A stretch of DNA of 64,000 nucleotides from an uncultured delta proteobacterium (GCA_963696385.1 CAVOKF010000007.1:896001-960000); one strand, 5' to 3'. Shown: positions 9,459 through 19,978, numbered from the stretch's first letter. A program made the numbers and translations. Notes: a model not told the origin generated them from the sequence alone.

Positions 9459-10583
9459 TCAGCGTGGCACCCCGACGTCTGCCGGGACCCCGGACTCGGA
9501 CGCAAGCCGAGCGGCGTGACGGGCCACCATCCGCTCCTCGTCGGTCGCCACCACCCGAACGACGCACGGCGAAGCGTCGGGACTGATGACGGCGTCGCCG
9601 CGCCCGTTGCGTGCGTCGTCGACGCGGACTCCGAGGTGCTCGAGCCCCCTGGAGATCTGCGCGCGGACGGGGGCCGCATGCTGTCCAATGCCGCCGGTGA
9701 ACACGAGCGTATCGATCCCGCCGAGGGAGGCCGCCATCGCGCCGACCCACTTTCGGGCGCTCCACGCAAAGACGTCGAGCGCGAGGCATGCGCGGGGGTC
9801 CACGTCCCGTCGGGAAAGCAGATCGCGCACGTCCGCTGTCGTGCCGCTCAACCCGAGCAGACCCGCGTGCTCGTCCACCAGTTCGCCGAGGGCTCGCGGA
9901 TCGTACCCGTGGCGAGCGAGATACAGCAGGAGCCCCGGGTCGACGTCTCCGAGGCGCGTCGCCATGACGAGCCCGCCCGAAGGGGTGAAGCCCATCGTCG
10001 TGTCGACCGATTGACCGTTGCGGACCGCCGCCATGCTCGCGCCGCTGCCGAGATGAGCGATGACGGCGCGCCCGAGCTGCGCCCCGAGCGTCGCCACCAC
10101 GAACTCGTACGATAAGCCATGGAAGCCGTACCGCCGGACGCCCGCGGCATGGATGGCCTCGGGGACGGCGTATCGCTGGGCGACCTCGGACAACGTGCGG
10201 TGGAAGGCCGTATCGAAACAAGCCACTTGTCGGAGGCTTCGCCAACGCTCGGTGACGGCACGAATGGCGAGAATCTCGGCCGGCAAGTGGATCGGGGCGA
10301 ACGGCACGAGACCGTCGAGCTCGACCAGCAGCGCGTCGTCGACGACTGTGGGCGCGGAGTGCCGAACGCCGCCGTGGACGATGCGATGGCCGACGACCTC
10401 CGGCGGGTGGCCGCTTCTCTCGAGGTCGTCCAGGAGCGATCGCACGGCGGAGCCGTGGTCGGGGACGGTCTGTCCGATGCGTTCAACGCTGCCCCGCGCG
10501 ATCTCGCGCTCGACGCTCCCGTCGACGTCGAACATCGCGTACTTGAGCGACGACGAGCCGCAGTTGATCGCGAGTGCGCGCAT
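9459..10583 (-). CDS. ackA: Acetate/propionate family kinase
   Basis: INCGSSSLKY, GHRIVHGG, ACFDTAFH, RYGFHGLSY, AHLGSGASM, DTTMGFTP, LVFTGGIG. Confidence 0.93.
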   Translation of the reverse strand: MRALAINCGSSSLKYAMFDVDGSVEREIARGSVERIGQTVPDHGSAVRSLLDDLERSGHPPEVVGHRIVHGGVRHSAPTVVDDALLVELDGLVPFAPIHLPAEILAIRAVTERWRSLRQVACFDTAFHRTLSEVAQRYAVPEAIHAAGVRRYGFHGLSYEFVVATLGAQLGRAVIAHLGSGASMAAVRNGQSVDTTMGFTPSGGLVMATRLGDVDPGLLLYLARHGYDPRALGELVDEHAGLLGLSGTTADVRDLLSRRDVDPRACLALDVFAWSARKWVGAMAASLGGIDTLVFTGGIGQHAAPVRAQISRGLEHLGVRVDDARNGRGDAVISPDASPCVVRVVATDEERMVARHAARLASESGVPADVGVPR

Positions 10584-10956
10584 CGTTCAGGCGTCCGGCC
10601 AACCGTCATGAATTTCGGGCAACCGGCGCGCATCGGCCATGGCTGTGACGACGATCCCCATCGGCGCATCTACCCCTTCAAGGCATAGAACTTCAATGGG
10701 AGACCGACGAGGAGTCGCGTCGTGAAATGCGCGGCCGAATCGCATCGTCGGGGAGCCGCTGCCACGCGTGCGATCGTGTGTGCACGACTCGAACGGGATG
10801 CGATGAGTAGACGTAGACGTAGACAATGAGTAGACGGCCGCCACGGCGCGTGTGGATTGGCGCGGGCTCGCGGCATGGGCAAATTCGGTGGATGCGGGCG
10901 CCGGCTTGACACGCTGTTCGGATTTGGGTTTCTTTTTAGGCTGGGCGAGCGAGCGG

Positions 10957-12399
10957 ATGCAAGACTCGGAGACGACGGAGCTTGCGAGGGCGGGCCATGT
11001 CGTGGCTGGGAAATTCCGGCTCGACGCGTGCATAGGTCAGGGCGGCATGGGCTCGGTATGGAGTGCAACCCACCTCGGGCTGGGCCACCAAATCGCCATC
11101 AAGCTCATCTCGCGCGAGTTCGCTCGATCTCCGGAGGCGCTTCGGCGCTTCGACGCCGAGGCGAAAGCGGCGGCACGCTTGCAATCGCGTCACGTCGTGC
11201 AAGTCCACGACAACGGAACGTTGGAAGACGGAACACCGTACATCGCGATGGAGCTGCTGTCCGGCGAAAGCCTCCAGCAGCGCATCGATCGAGCCGGCCC
11301 GCTCTCGGTCGCCGAGACCGTGAACGTGCTCGCTCAATGTTGCAAGGCACTCGGCCGCGCGCATGCCGTCGGAATCGTGCACCGCGACATCAAACCGGAC
11401 AACATCTTCCTCTCGCGATCCCCGGACGAGGAAGGTTATGTCGTCAAGGTCCTCGACTTCGGCGTCGCCAAAATTTCGCTCGGCGGGGGTGACCAATCGG
11501 CGACCAAGACCGGCGCGGTGCTCGGAACGCCCCTCTACATGAGCCCCGAGCAGGCGCGCGGGCTCAAGAACGTCGATCATCGCACCGACTTGTATTCGCT
11601 CGGAATCGTCGCGTACACGATGCTCACGGGGCGGGTCGCCTTCTACGGCGAATCGTTCGGCGACATCCTGCTCAAAATTTGCACCGAGCCACTGCCGAGC
11701 TTGCGGCTGTCGGCCAACGTTCCGGCGGGTCTCGACATCTGGCTTCAGCGGGTCTGCGCGCGCGACCCCGGCAACCGGTGCGCATCGGCTCAGGAATTCA
11801 TCGATACGCTTCGCGCAGCGACGGGACGGGCGGGGAGCTCACCGGGCGTCGACGCCTCCTCCGGAGCTACTCCGGCCGTCGCACCCACCCTAGCCGACTC
11901 CGACGCTCCGTGGCGGTTGCCGCCATCCCCGCCCGCGCAGAGCTTGGCCGAGGCGAATGTCGCCATCACGGCCGCGGGCGTCCCTCGAAAAAACCACGGC
12001 GTGGCGATCGTGGTGAGTCTCTTCACCGGGTTGATCCTTGCGGCCACCATCACCTTTTTCGCGCTGTCGCGAAGCGCCGACCCGCGCTCCGCCGGCCCCG
12101 CCCACGCCTCGCAACCGGCTGATTCCCTGACCCCCTCACCGTCGACCGTACTCGTCGCGCCTCCGCCGGAGCCGGCCCTCGCCCTGCCCAGGGCAACGGC
12201 GATCGCGACCGCGGCCCCGCCGGCCACCTCGGCCTCGGCTCGGCGCGCGATGTCGGAACCTACCGCGGAGCACGCCGCCGCGGCCCCGCGGCCCCCCGCC
12301 CCACCCAGAGCGCAGCCCCCTGCTCCCGAGTCTCCACCGGCTTCGCCCGCCTCGAAACCCCCAAGTAAGCCCACTCCGGCGATCGATCTCGGGTACTAA
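10957..12399 (+). CDS. Membrane-anchored Hanks-type Ser/Thr protein kinase
   Basis: IGQGGMGSVW, AIK, HRDIKPDN, DFG, GTPLYMSPEQ; TM segment (VAIVVSLFTGLILAATITFFAL); Pro-rich tail ending IDLGY. Confidence 0.93.
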   Translation: MQDSETTELARAGHVVAGKFRLDACIGQGGMGSVWSATHLGLGHQIAIKLISREFARSPEALRRFDAEAKAAARLQSRHVVQVHDNGTLEDGTPYIAMELLSGESLQQRIDRAGPLSVAETVNVLAQCCKALGRAHAVGIVHRDIKPDNIFLSRSPDEEGYVVKVLDFGVAKISLGGGDQSATKTGAVLGTPLYMSPEQARGLKNVDHRTDLYSLGIVAYTMLTGRVAFYGESFGDILLKICTEPLPSLRLSANVPAGLDIWLQRVCARDPGNRCASAQEFIDTLRAATGRAGSSPGVDASSGATPAVAPTLADSDAPWRLPPSPPAQSLAEANVAITAAGVPRKNHGVAIVVSLFTGLILAATITFFALSRSADPRSAGPAHASQPADSLTPSPSTVLVAPPPEPALALPRATAIATAAPPATSASARRAMSEPTAEHAAAAPRPPAPPRAQPPAPESPPASPASKPPSKPTPAIDLGY

Positions 12400-12440
12400 G
12401 TCTTCGCTACGAGGTTGTCCGGTATGGAGGGGATCCGCGC

Positions 12441-13478
12441 ATGAAAAGCGTACGCCGTTCTACGGGCTTCATCGCTGCGATGCTGTTTGTCGGCAGCACC
12501 GCCGCGGCCGATGAAGCGCCGACGCCAACCGATGAACAGAAAGCCACGGCTCGCATGCTGGGCACCGAGGGCGTGAAGCTCGCGCTGGGCGGGAACTGCC
12601 CTGGCGCGGTCGACAAGTTGACGCGCGCCGAATCGCTCGTGCATGCGCCGACGACCGCTCTTCCGCTGGCCCAGTGCGACATCAAGCTCGGAAAACTGGT
12701 CGCCGGGACCGAAATTCTCAATCGCCTCGTGCACGAGACGCTGCCGCCGAATGCGCCGAAGTCCTGGACCGACGCCAAGCTGCAGGCGCAACCGCTTCTC
12801 GATTCGACGAGTCCCCGAATTGGCAAGCTTCGCATCCACGTGGACCGGCCCCCCGGCACCACAGCAGACGTCCAGGTGACCGTCGATGGCGAGGATGTCC
12901 CCTCGGTCGTGCTCGACAACGACCGGCCCACCGATCCGGGAACGCATCGCGTCACGGCCACGGCCGCCGGGCTCGGTGCCGCGGACGCGACGACGTCGGT
13001 CGGTGAGGGGCAAGTGCAGTCGCTCACACTTCGACTCGAGGCGCCTCCGGCCACGGCGCCTACGGGGCCAGCCGCACCCGCCCCCACCGCGGCCGTTCAA
13101 CCTCCACCGCTTTCGTCCTCGTCCGCGACGGCGCAGTCTCCCAATCGGGTCCCTGCGTACGTCATGTTTGGGGTGGGTGGAGCGGGAGTCGTCGTGGGAA
13201 CGGTGTTCGGAATATTCGCCCTCGGCGCAAAGTCGAGCCTCGATGCGGCATGCCAGCCGAATCGCGTGTGCCCGTCTTCGTCCCAGGGCGAGATCAACGC
13301 GTACAAGACCGACCCGCTCGTGTCGACCGTGGGCTTTGGCGCGGGTGTGACGGCCCTTGCGATCGGCACGATTTTGCTCGTTACGGCGCACTCGGAGGCC
13401 ACTCCGAAGACAGCCCACCTCGAAGTGCGACCCTGGGTAGGGCCGGGATCGGGCGGCATCGCCGGGAGCTTTCCGTGA
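12441..13478 (+). CDS. Secreted TPR + PEGA-like domain protein
   Basis: Signal peptide, TPR-like helices, VQVTVDG...DPGTHRVTATA (PEGA-like), hydrophobic segments, C-terminal GGIAGSFP. Confidence 0.75.
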   Translation: MKSVRRSTGFIAAMLFVGSTAAADEAPTPTDEQKATARMLGTEGVKLALGGNCPGAVDKLTRAESLVHAPTTALPLAQCDIKLGKLVAGTEILNRLVHETLPPNAPKSWTDAKLQAQPLLDSTSPRIGKLRIHVDRPPGTTADVQVTVDGEDVPSVVLDNDRPTDPGTHRVTATAAGLGAADATTSVGEGQVQSLTLRLEAPPATAPTGPAAPAPTAAVQPPPLSSSSATAQSPNRVPAYVMFGVGGAGVVVGTVFGIFALGAKSSLDAACQPNRVCPSSSQGEINAYKTDPLVSTVGFGAGVTALAIGTILLVTAHSEATPKTAHLEVRPWVGPGSGGIAGSFP

Positions 13479-14293
13479 GCGTTCTCGACGTCCGCGCAAC
13501 CGCGTCGATCGCGATCTGCGCCGCACTCTTCGCCCCGGCCGTCACCGGGTGCGAGCTCGTGGTCGGTACCGAAACGTTCACGACGGCCGGTTCGAGCTCT
13601 TCCGGATCGGGTGACGCAAGCATCACGAAGGGCGGCGGCCCGATGGGCCACGACGCGGGCATCCTTCTCGTCGATGATTCGGGCTCGATGGAAGGCGGAA
13701 ACGCCATCCTATGCGCGACCGCGGCGGCGGACTCGACCTGCTCGAGCTGCTGGAAGACTTCGTGCTGCGGCGCGTACACCGCCTGCCAAGGCGACGTGAA
13801 TTGCGCGAAGATGGCGACATGCATCGAGAACTGCACCGACCCACCGTGCGACTGCACCGCACCGGCCGCGTCGATGCAGATCTATCTCAGCCTTGCGTCG
13901 TGCGGCGTCGTGACGAGCGCGTCGGACCCGGTTGGAACGAGCGCGTGTTCACTCTGCGAGGCGGTCGGCACCGGCGATCCGTGCGTGTGGGATTACAACT
14001 GCGTCGGGTCGGAGGTCCGTTGCGTGTCCGACGGCTACTGCGCCGTCGCGAACTGCCCCTACTGGTGCTCGCCACTGACGTGTTCCTCCAATTCCGACTG
14101 TGCCGGCAATTACGCGAATGCAACCAGCCAGAACGGCCTGGCGAGCGTATGCATCGATGATGACGGATTCGGGGACACGATGTGCTTTCCCCAATGCATC
14201 CCGTCGAATGCCAACAGCTGCGCGGCATTCCCAGATACGACCTGCACGCAAAACACCGACACCGACGGCAACAGCGTCTACGCGTGCGAATGA
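13475..14293 (+). CDS. Cys-rich lipoprotein
   Basis: GTG start overlapping the upstream stop (GTGA); lipobox AVTGC; CSSCWKTSCC and many more Cys. Confidence 0.75.
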   Translation: MSVLDVRATASIAICAALFAPAVTGCELVVGTETFTTAGSSSSGSGDASITKGGGPMGHDAGILLVDDSGSMEGGNAILCATAAADSTCSSCWKTSCCGAYTACQGDVNCAKMATCIENCTDPPCDCTAPAASMQIYLSLASCGVVTSASDPVGTSACSLCEAVGTGDPCVWDYNCVGSEVRCVSDGYCAVANCPYWCSPLTCSSNSDCAGNYANATSQNGLASVCIDDDGFGDTMCFPQCIPSNANSCAAFPDTTCTQNTDTDGNSVYACE

Positions 14294-14420
14294 GCGAGGT
14301 GTTCGGATCCGCGTGGCCCGCACCGCGGGCGCGCGCGACCTGAGGCACGGCTTGCCCGCCACCCCGTGTGACACGGTCGGCGAGACAGGCTCCCGCCGGT
14401 CTGTTACGAGGCTCAGACCC

Positions 14421-16988
14421 ATGCGGACGACACGCGCCCTCGGCCTAGCGGCAGTCGGGATCGCCGAGCTCGTGGCGCCCATCCGCGCAGAGGCGGGGGA
14501 GCCTCTGCCGACGAGCGCCGAGCACATCGACTCGCCGGGGCGGAGTGTCGCCTCCGACGACACCACCGATGCGGTCGTGCGGAACCCCGCAAACCTAGCG
14601 TGGCTGCCCGCGCCCGAGCTCCGCTGGACGTGGGTCGATTGCCCCAATCAGGCCGTGAAGGTCGGCTGCGGCCATGCGTGGCAGGCAGGCACCCCCCTGG
14701 TCTTCGGGGTGTCGACGGCGCTCCGAGTGGACTTGGTCCAGCCCCCGTGGGGAGCGTCGCTCGGCGAGGGCGTCGGATTTCCCTATCGAGGCCACGACTA
14801 TGCATGGATCACCTGGGGGCTTGCCGCGCGTCTCGGACATCACGCTGCGTTCGGGCTGACGCTCGAGCGATCGTATTCGCAAAACCAAGCTCTCGACGGG
14901 CTCTTTGGCATCAGTGCGGCCATCTCTTGGCGCCCGAACACGCATCTTGGACTCTCGGCCGTCGCCCATGATTTCAATCGGCCGAGCCCGACGATACTGC
15001 CCGCGATGCAGCCGCAGTCGTCGGATGCGCTTCCGGTCCTCGATGGTCGTTACACCCTCGCGCTGTCGGTGCGACCCACGGGGCGGCGCGACGTCGACAT
15101 CGGGATCGACGCGCAATACTGGGAAGGCAGCGATCAATGGACCGAAGGCGGCACGATCGGCGTCGACATCCCCGACGTCGGTCGTGCCTTCGCCGGAATC
15201 GACGTCGCTCACATTTCGAGCGACGCGCGGCGGGGTGTCGTCGGTTCGGCCGGGCTCGAACTTCATTTCGATGGTCTGAGCGCGGGCGGCGGAGCTCTCG
15301 TGGGCGATGGGTTGGGAGGCAACCAGACCGCTGCCGGGTACGTCACGGCGGCGATTGCCGGTTACGCGCAGCCCGGCATCCCGCGGCCGGCACACGCCGT
15401 ATGGATCCGCCTCGAGGCGACGCCGTCGACGCGCGAGCACGTCGCACTGCTCCGGAAGCTCTGGGCGCTTGCGACCGCTCGAGACGTCGCCGCCGTGACC
15501 CTGGTCTTGCGCGCCGAGCCGGCGAGTTCGTTTGCACACGCGGAAGAGATCGCGGACGCGATCCGGGTGATCCGGGCGCACGGCAAGAAGGTGCTGTGCT
15601 CCTGGGAGGACGCGGGCCCAAAAACGCTCTACGCGTGCGCGAGCGCGGACCGCATCGTCGTCACTCCCGCGGGCGACGTCCGCTACGCCGGCCTCAAGTC
15701 CGAATACATGTATCTCAAGGGACTTCTCGACAAGATCGGCATTCGCGCCGATTTCGTCCGGATCGGCCCGCACAAGACCGCACCGGAACAGTTCACCAAT
15801 GAGCACGCGGGGCCGGTCGCCAACGAAGACCACATCGACATGCTGCGGCAGCAGGAAGCCGTCTTCGACCGCAACCTCGCCCTATACCGCCACATGACCG
15901 ACGAGCGGGTCCGCGAGATGACGCGCGCCGGACCCTTCACAGCGACGGAGGCCCGCTCGGCCGGTCTGGTCGACGGCTTCGCCTTCGACGACGAGTTGGA
16001 ACGCGCGACCCAGGAACTCGTCGGGCGCGCGGTCGCGTACGGCAAATACGACGACGAGAGGCAAGCGCCGAGCAGCTTCGGGCCGCGGGGGAGCATCGCC
16101 ATCCTTTACTTGGATGGGGACATCGTCGACGGGCGATCGCAGCGCGTGCCGCTTCTCGATCTGCGGCTGGTCGGTTCGTACTCGATGGCCGACGCGATCC
16201 GGCAGGCCAAGGACGATTCGAGCATCCGGGCCGTCGTCCTACGCATCGAGAGTCCGGGTGGCTCGTCGATCGCGAGCGACGTCATGTGGCGCGAGCTCTC
16301 GCTGCTCGCAAAGAAGAAACCGCTCATCGTCTCGATGGGGACCGTCGCCGCGAGCGGGGGCTACTACGTCGCCAGCGCGAGCCGAAACATCTTCGCTTTG
16401 CCCCTCACCATCACGGGTTCGATCGGCGTCTTTTACGGGAAAGCGGACGTCAGCGGATTGCTCGACAAGATCGGCGTCACCATCGACACCTACAAGACCG
16501 CGCCCCGCGCGGATGCCGAAACGATCTTCCGCGGCTTCACGCCCGACGAGAAGCGCGAGCTCGAGCGCAAGGTGGATCAGTTCTACGACACGTTCCTGGA
16601 CCGCGTGAGCCAGGGGCGCGGCATGACCAAGCAAGCCATCGACGCGGTCGGGCGCGGACGCGTTTGGATGGGTCAGGAAGCGATTCAATACCATCTCATC
16701 GACCACCTCGGCGGGTTGCGCGAGGCACTCGAAGCGGCACGGCGGGCGTCCGAGCTGTCCGACGACGCCCCCATCGTCGAGCTACCGCGCGAGAACCGGT
16801 CGATCGTGCAGTGGGCGATCGATGCAGTCACGGGCACGTCAGCGGAGCAGCCGCCGAGCGTCGTCGGCTCTTTGCCCCCGGCGTTTCGCAGCATTGCGCA
16901 CGCCGTCGCTCCGCTCGTCGTCTACTCCGGCGACCTGCCGCTCGCGCGCATGGAATGGGTCGACACGGGCGACTGGGTCGAGCCGTAG
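14421..16988 (+). CDS. sppA: Signal peptide peptidase SppA (S49, two-domain) with long N-terminal extension
   Basis: VVLRIESPGGS, IVSMGTVAASGGYY, TITGSIGV, GRVWMG, IGPHKTAPE. Confidence 0.88.
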   Translation: MRTTRALGLAAVGIAELVAPIRAEAGEPLPTSAEHIDSPGRSVASDDTTDAVVRNPANLAWLPAPELRWTWVDCPNQAVKVGCGHAWQAGTPLVFGVSTALRVDLVQPPWGASLGEGVGFPYRGHDYAWITWGLAARLGHHAAFGLTLERSYSQNQALDGLFGISAAISWRPNTHLGLSAVAHDFNRPSPTILPAMQPQSSDALPVLDGRYTLALSVRPTGRRDVDIGIDAQYWEGSDQWTEGGTIGVDIPDVGRAFAGIDVAHISSDARRGVVGSAGLELHFDGLSAGGGALVGDGLGGNQTAAGYVTAAIAGYAQPGIPRPAHAVWIRLEATPSTREHVALLRKLWALATARDVAAVTLVLRAEPASSFAHAEEIADAIRVIRAHGKKVLCSWEDAGPKTLYACASADRIVVTPAGDVRYAGLKSEYMYLKGLLDKIGIRADFVRIGPHKTAPEQFTNEHAGPVANEDHIDMLRQQEAVFDRNLALYRHMTDERVREMTRAGPFTATEARSAGLVDGFAFDDELERATQELVGRAVAYGKYDDERQAPSSFGPRGSIAILYLDGDIVDGRSQRVPLLDLRLVGSYSMADAIRQAKDDSSIRAVVLRIESPGGSSIASDVMWRELSLLAKKKPLIVSMGTVAASGGYYVASASRNIFALPLTITGSIGVFYGKADVSGLLDKIGVTIDTYKTAPRADAETIFRGFTPDEKRELERKVDQFYDTFLDRVSQGRGMTKQAIDAVGRGRVWMGQEAIQYHLIDHLGGLREALEAARRASELSDDAPIVELPRENRSIVQWAIDAVTGTSAEQPPSVVGSLPPAFRSIAHAVAPLVVYSGDLPLARMEWVDTGDWVEP

Positions 16989-17046
16989 CCTTCAGCCTAG
17001 CCTCAGCGCGCGCGGATTCATCCACGGGACGTACGGAACGGACCCA

Positions 17047-18270
17047 CTAGCGATCGCTGACGCGTCGGCCGCGCGAGGACGGATCGACACTCGACGAACC
17101 AGGCGGATCGTCGGTCGGTGCCGACGACGGGGGGGCGCTTCGGAGCACGAGAAGGGTGACTTCAGGAGCAACGCCGAGCCGGATCGGAGGCCCCGTCGTC
17201 CCTAGACCGGGGTGCACATACAGTACGGAGTTCGCGAAACGGTAAAAGCCCAGGCCATATTTGTAGACGATGCCGAGATTCGCGAATCGGTACAGAAACG
17301 GTACACCGATCTGTCCGCCGTGGGTATGGCCGGCCAAGACCAGTTGCGCTCCGCTGTCCGCCGCGGCTTCGAAGCGCGTCGGATCGTGGGCGAGCAGGAC
17401 GGTCGTCGCTCCCGCGGGCCGCCCGCGCATGGCCGCCGCGAGATCATCGCGTCGCGTCCACGTGTCGTCGATCGCGGTCAGCCAAAGAAGTGCGCCGCCG
17501 CGATCGATGACGCACCCCTCGTTTCGCAGGACGCGCACCCCCCGATCGCGAAGCAACGAGAGCAACGGGTAGCCATCGCCCCCGAAGTAGTCGTGATTGC
17601 CCATCGACGCAAAGACGCCATCGGTCGCTCGCAACGATCCGACGACGTCGGCCACGTCCGTGTGGAAATCGGTTCCGCTCGTCACCATGTCGCCCGTGAC
17701 GACGGCAACGTCGGGACGGCGTCGATTCGCGGATTCGGCCCATGCAAGCCCCCAGGAACGGGGCGTGAGCGTGCCAATGTGAAGGTCCGACAGGTGTGCA
17801 ATGCGAAACCCTTCGAACCTGGGATCGAGACCCTTCACCCAAACGGGTCGCTCGACGACGCGGTACCAACGGCGGCGGACCATGACGCCGTAGCCGCAGA
17901 CGAGCAGCCCCAGCACGTAGCTCCACATGTACGCGCCCATCGGCGCGCGCACCGGTGCACCGCGGACCCACTCGAACGCGGGAACGACGACCGTGGCGAC
18001 GACCGACGGAACGAAAGCGAAGAGCGCCGCGCACCAATGAATGAAGTACGGAATGTCGAGAAGGCGAACGAGCACTCCGTTGCGTTTGCGATCGGGCATT
18101 CCCGCGCGCGCTCGTCCGAGAAACAGCGCGACGCCGGCGGCGGCGAATGCGGCGCCGGCGATTCGCGGCGACGGCACGCCGGTTCGAGTCAGGAGCTCAC
18201 CGACGCCGAGCGCCACGGGCACGTGCACGATGCCGGTCGCGACGATCAAGATGCGCAGAAAACGCGACAT
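17047..18270 (-). CDS. Membrane-bound metallophosphoesterase (YkuE-like)
   Basis: SDLH, TGDMV, GNHD, LLAHDP, AGHTHGGQ motifs after N-terminal TM helices; start could be 18336. Confidence 0.88.
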   Translation of the reverse strand: MSRFLRILIVATGIVHVPVALGVGELLTRTGVPSPRIAGAAFAAAGVALFLGRARAGMPDRKRNGVLVRLLDIPYFIHWCAALFAFVPSVVATVVVPAFEWVRGAPVRAPMGAYMWSYVLGLLVCGYGVMVRRRWYRVVERPVWVKGLDPRFEGFRIAHLSDLHIGTLTPRSWGLAWAESANRRRPDVAVVTGDMVTSGTDFHTDVADVVGSLRATDGVFASMGNHDYFGGDGYPLLSLLRDRGVRVLRNEGCVIDRGGALLWLTAIDDTWTRRDDLAAAMRGRPAGATTVLLAHDPTRFEAAADSGAQLVLAGHTHGGQIGVPFLYRFANLGIVYKYGLGFYRFANSVLYVHPGLGTTGPPIRLGVAPEVTLLVLRSAPPSSAPTDDPPGSSSVDPSSRGRRVSDR

Positions 18271-18385
18271 CCTGGCGCGCCGCCGGACGGCGTGACCTCC
18301 GGAATCGATCGTCGTCTGCGCGGTCGATGTCGTCATGCTGTGCCGACTCGTCGCCGAGTCGTTCGAGCCAGAGAGGTCGTGCGCG

Positions 18386-18709
18386 TCAAACGCCGAGAAG
18401 CTTGACCAGCGTTTCCTTGTTCGCAACGCCCACGAGACGCCCCGACTCCTTGCCGTCCTTGAATACGACCACCGTCGGGACGCCGCGGATTCCGAACTTG
18501 GACGTCGTGGCGGGGGAATCGTCGATGTCGAGCTTGCCCACCCGCACTTGCCCCTTGAAGTCGTCGGCGACTTTCTCGACAATCGGGCCGAGCACGCGGC
18601 ACGGACCGCACCAGACCGCGCTGAAGTCGAGGAGGAACGGGAGCGAGGACTTGAGGACTTCGCTTTCGAAGTTCAGATCGTTGATCTCGAGGACGTTGGC
18701 GCCGGCCAT
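18386..18709 (-). CDS. trxA: Thioredoxin
   Basis: DFSAVWCGPCR, GIRGVPT; GGAGA upstream of the start. Confidence 0.93.
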   Translation of the reverse strand: MAGANVLEINDLNFESEVLKSSLPFLLDFSAVWCGPCRVLGPIVEKVADDFKGQVRVGKLDIDDSPATTSKFGIRGVPTVVVFKDGKESGRLVGVANKETLVKLLGV

Positions 18710-18857
18710 GGGATATGGTTCTCCGTGAAACTCTATAGTGCTCCGATGCCGAGCTGTCGACGCGCGTAGCGTGGACCGGTCTTGCCGGGCCCGAGGGACG
18801 GGACGTCGCGGGCGCAAAAGTTGGCCCAAGAGCCGGGACAGCGCATCGTAGCCGGCC

Positions 18858-19274
18858 ATGGACAGCGACTCGGACCTCGCGCGGGTACTCGACGCGGACC
18901 CCTACTCGGGGCCGGAGCGACGTCGGCATCGGGTGTACGTAACGCGGAACACCGAATATCACGTCCGCGATCGGCTCTGCGTCGCGGTTCGCGACCGCCG
19001 GACGGGCGAGTTCATGCAGGGTCACCTGGCGCTTCGCCGACGGATCGAAGGCGGACTCCGGTTCTTTCAGAACGGCGGGATCGCACCCAACCCGGGCGAG
19101 CCCCGCCGGGGCGAATCGATCTACTTTGCCGGCGACGGCCGGGAGCTCGTGACGAGCCCCCTCGAGGAGGTCGATCGGCCGGCCCGGGAAGTCGTCCGCG
19201 AGTATCCTGATTGGCAAGGTCTGCGAAAGAGATCCTCGAGCCCCCGTCGGGGCACGAGTCCTCACGAACGCTAG
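18858..19274 (+). CDS. Hypothetical protein
   Basis: 138-aa globular-looking ORF (ERRRHRVYVTRNTEYH...CVAVRDRRTG) divergent from trxA. Confidence 0.7.
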   Translation: MDSDSDLARVLDADPYSGPERRRHRVYVTRNTEYHVRDRLCVAVRDRRTGEFMQGHLALRRRIEGGLRFFQNGGIAPNPGEPRRGESIYFAGDGRELVTSPLEEVDRPAREVVREYPDWQGLRKRSSSPRRGTSPHER

Positions 19275-19353
19275 CCGCCGGTCCGCCAAACGGCGCATAG
19301 GGCGCGACGCCGTTCGCGTGCACGCTTCATTCGTCGTAATTTGCCGAACGGAA

Positions 19354-19938
19354 ATGTTGGTTGTCCCTCAACGCGCCGAGATTCGACATCGGCCGCTCGA
19401 CACGCAACGACTTCTGCTTTCTCCGGTCGAGCCGGCGGACGCCTCAGACCTTTGGTTCGCCGTCGACTCGTCTCGTGCCCATTTGGAAAAATGGCTCCCA
19501 TGGGTGCCCTTCAACACCGATGTCGACGCCAGTTGGCGGTACTGCGAGGCGAGCGCGGGCGACTGGGACCACGCACGCGCCGCGCGCTTCACGATTCGCG
19601 AGCGAGCCACGCGCCGTTTCGTCGGGGTGGTGGGCCTCGAGTCGATCGCTCACCTGCATCAGAGCGCAGAGCTCGGTTACTGGTTGCGAGCCGACGTCAC
19701 GCGCCGCGGATACATGACCGAAGCCGCCCGCGTGGCCGTCGCCTGGGCCTTCAAGCGGCTCAGCGCGCACCGTGTGCGCGTCGCAGCCGCCACGGACAAC
19801 GTGGCTTCTCTGAATGTCATCCGAAAACTCGGTTTCCGTTTCGAGGGAATCGCGCGCGAAGCCGAGCGTTGCCAAGGTCGGTGGCTCGACCACGCGCTCT
19901 TTGCTCTCCTGGTGAGCGATGGGATGGGTACAAGCTAG
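19354..19938 (+). CDS. GNAT family N-acetyltransferase (RimJ/RimL-like)
   Basis: HLEKWLPW, AELGYWL, RGYMTEAA, NVASLNVIRKLGFRFEG. Confidence 0.9.
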   Translation: MLVVPQRAEIRHRPLDTQRLLLSPVEPADASDLWFAVDSSRAHLEKWLPWVPFNTDVDASWRYCEASAGDWDHARAARFTIRERATRRFVGVVGLESIAHLHQSAELGYWLRADVTRRGYMTEAARVAVAWAFKRLSAHRVRVAAATDNVASLNVIRKLGFRFEGIAREAERCQGRWLDHALFALLVSDGMGTS

Positions 19939-19978
19939 GCTTGGGCTATCGGGACCCTTTGCGGATACGTCCCCATGC

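Noticed and set aside
10587..10680. LPEIHDGWPDA* just upstream of ackA as a phosphoketolase C-terminal remnant
   Set aside because: Similarity covers only a few residues and cannot be supported without alignment
14100..14420. N-terminal extension of SppA given by the ORF track
   Set aside because: Overlaps the upstream lipoprotein gene; a signal-peptide-like start lies at 14421
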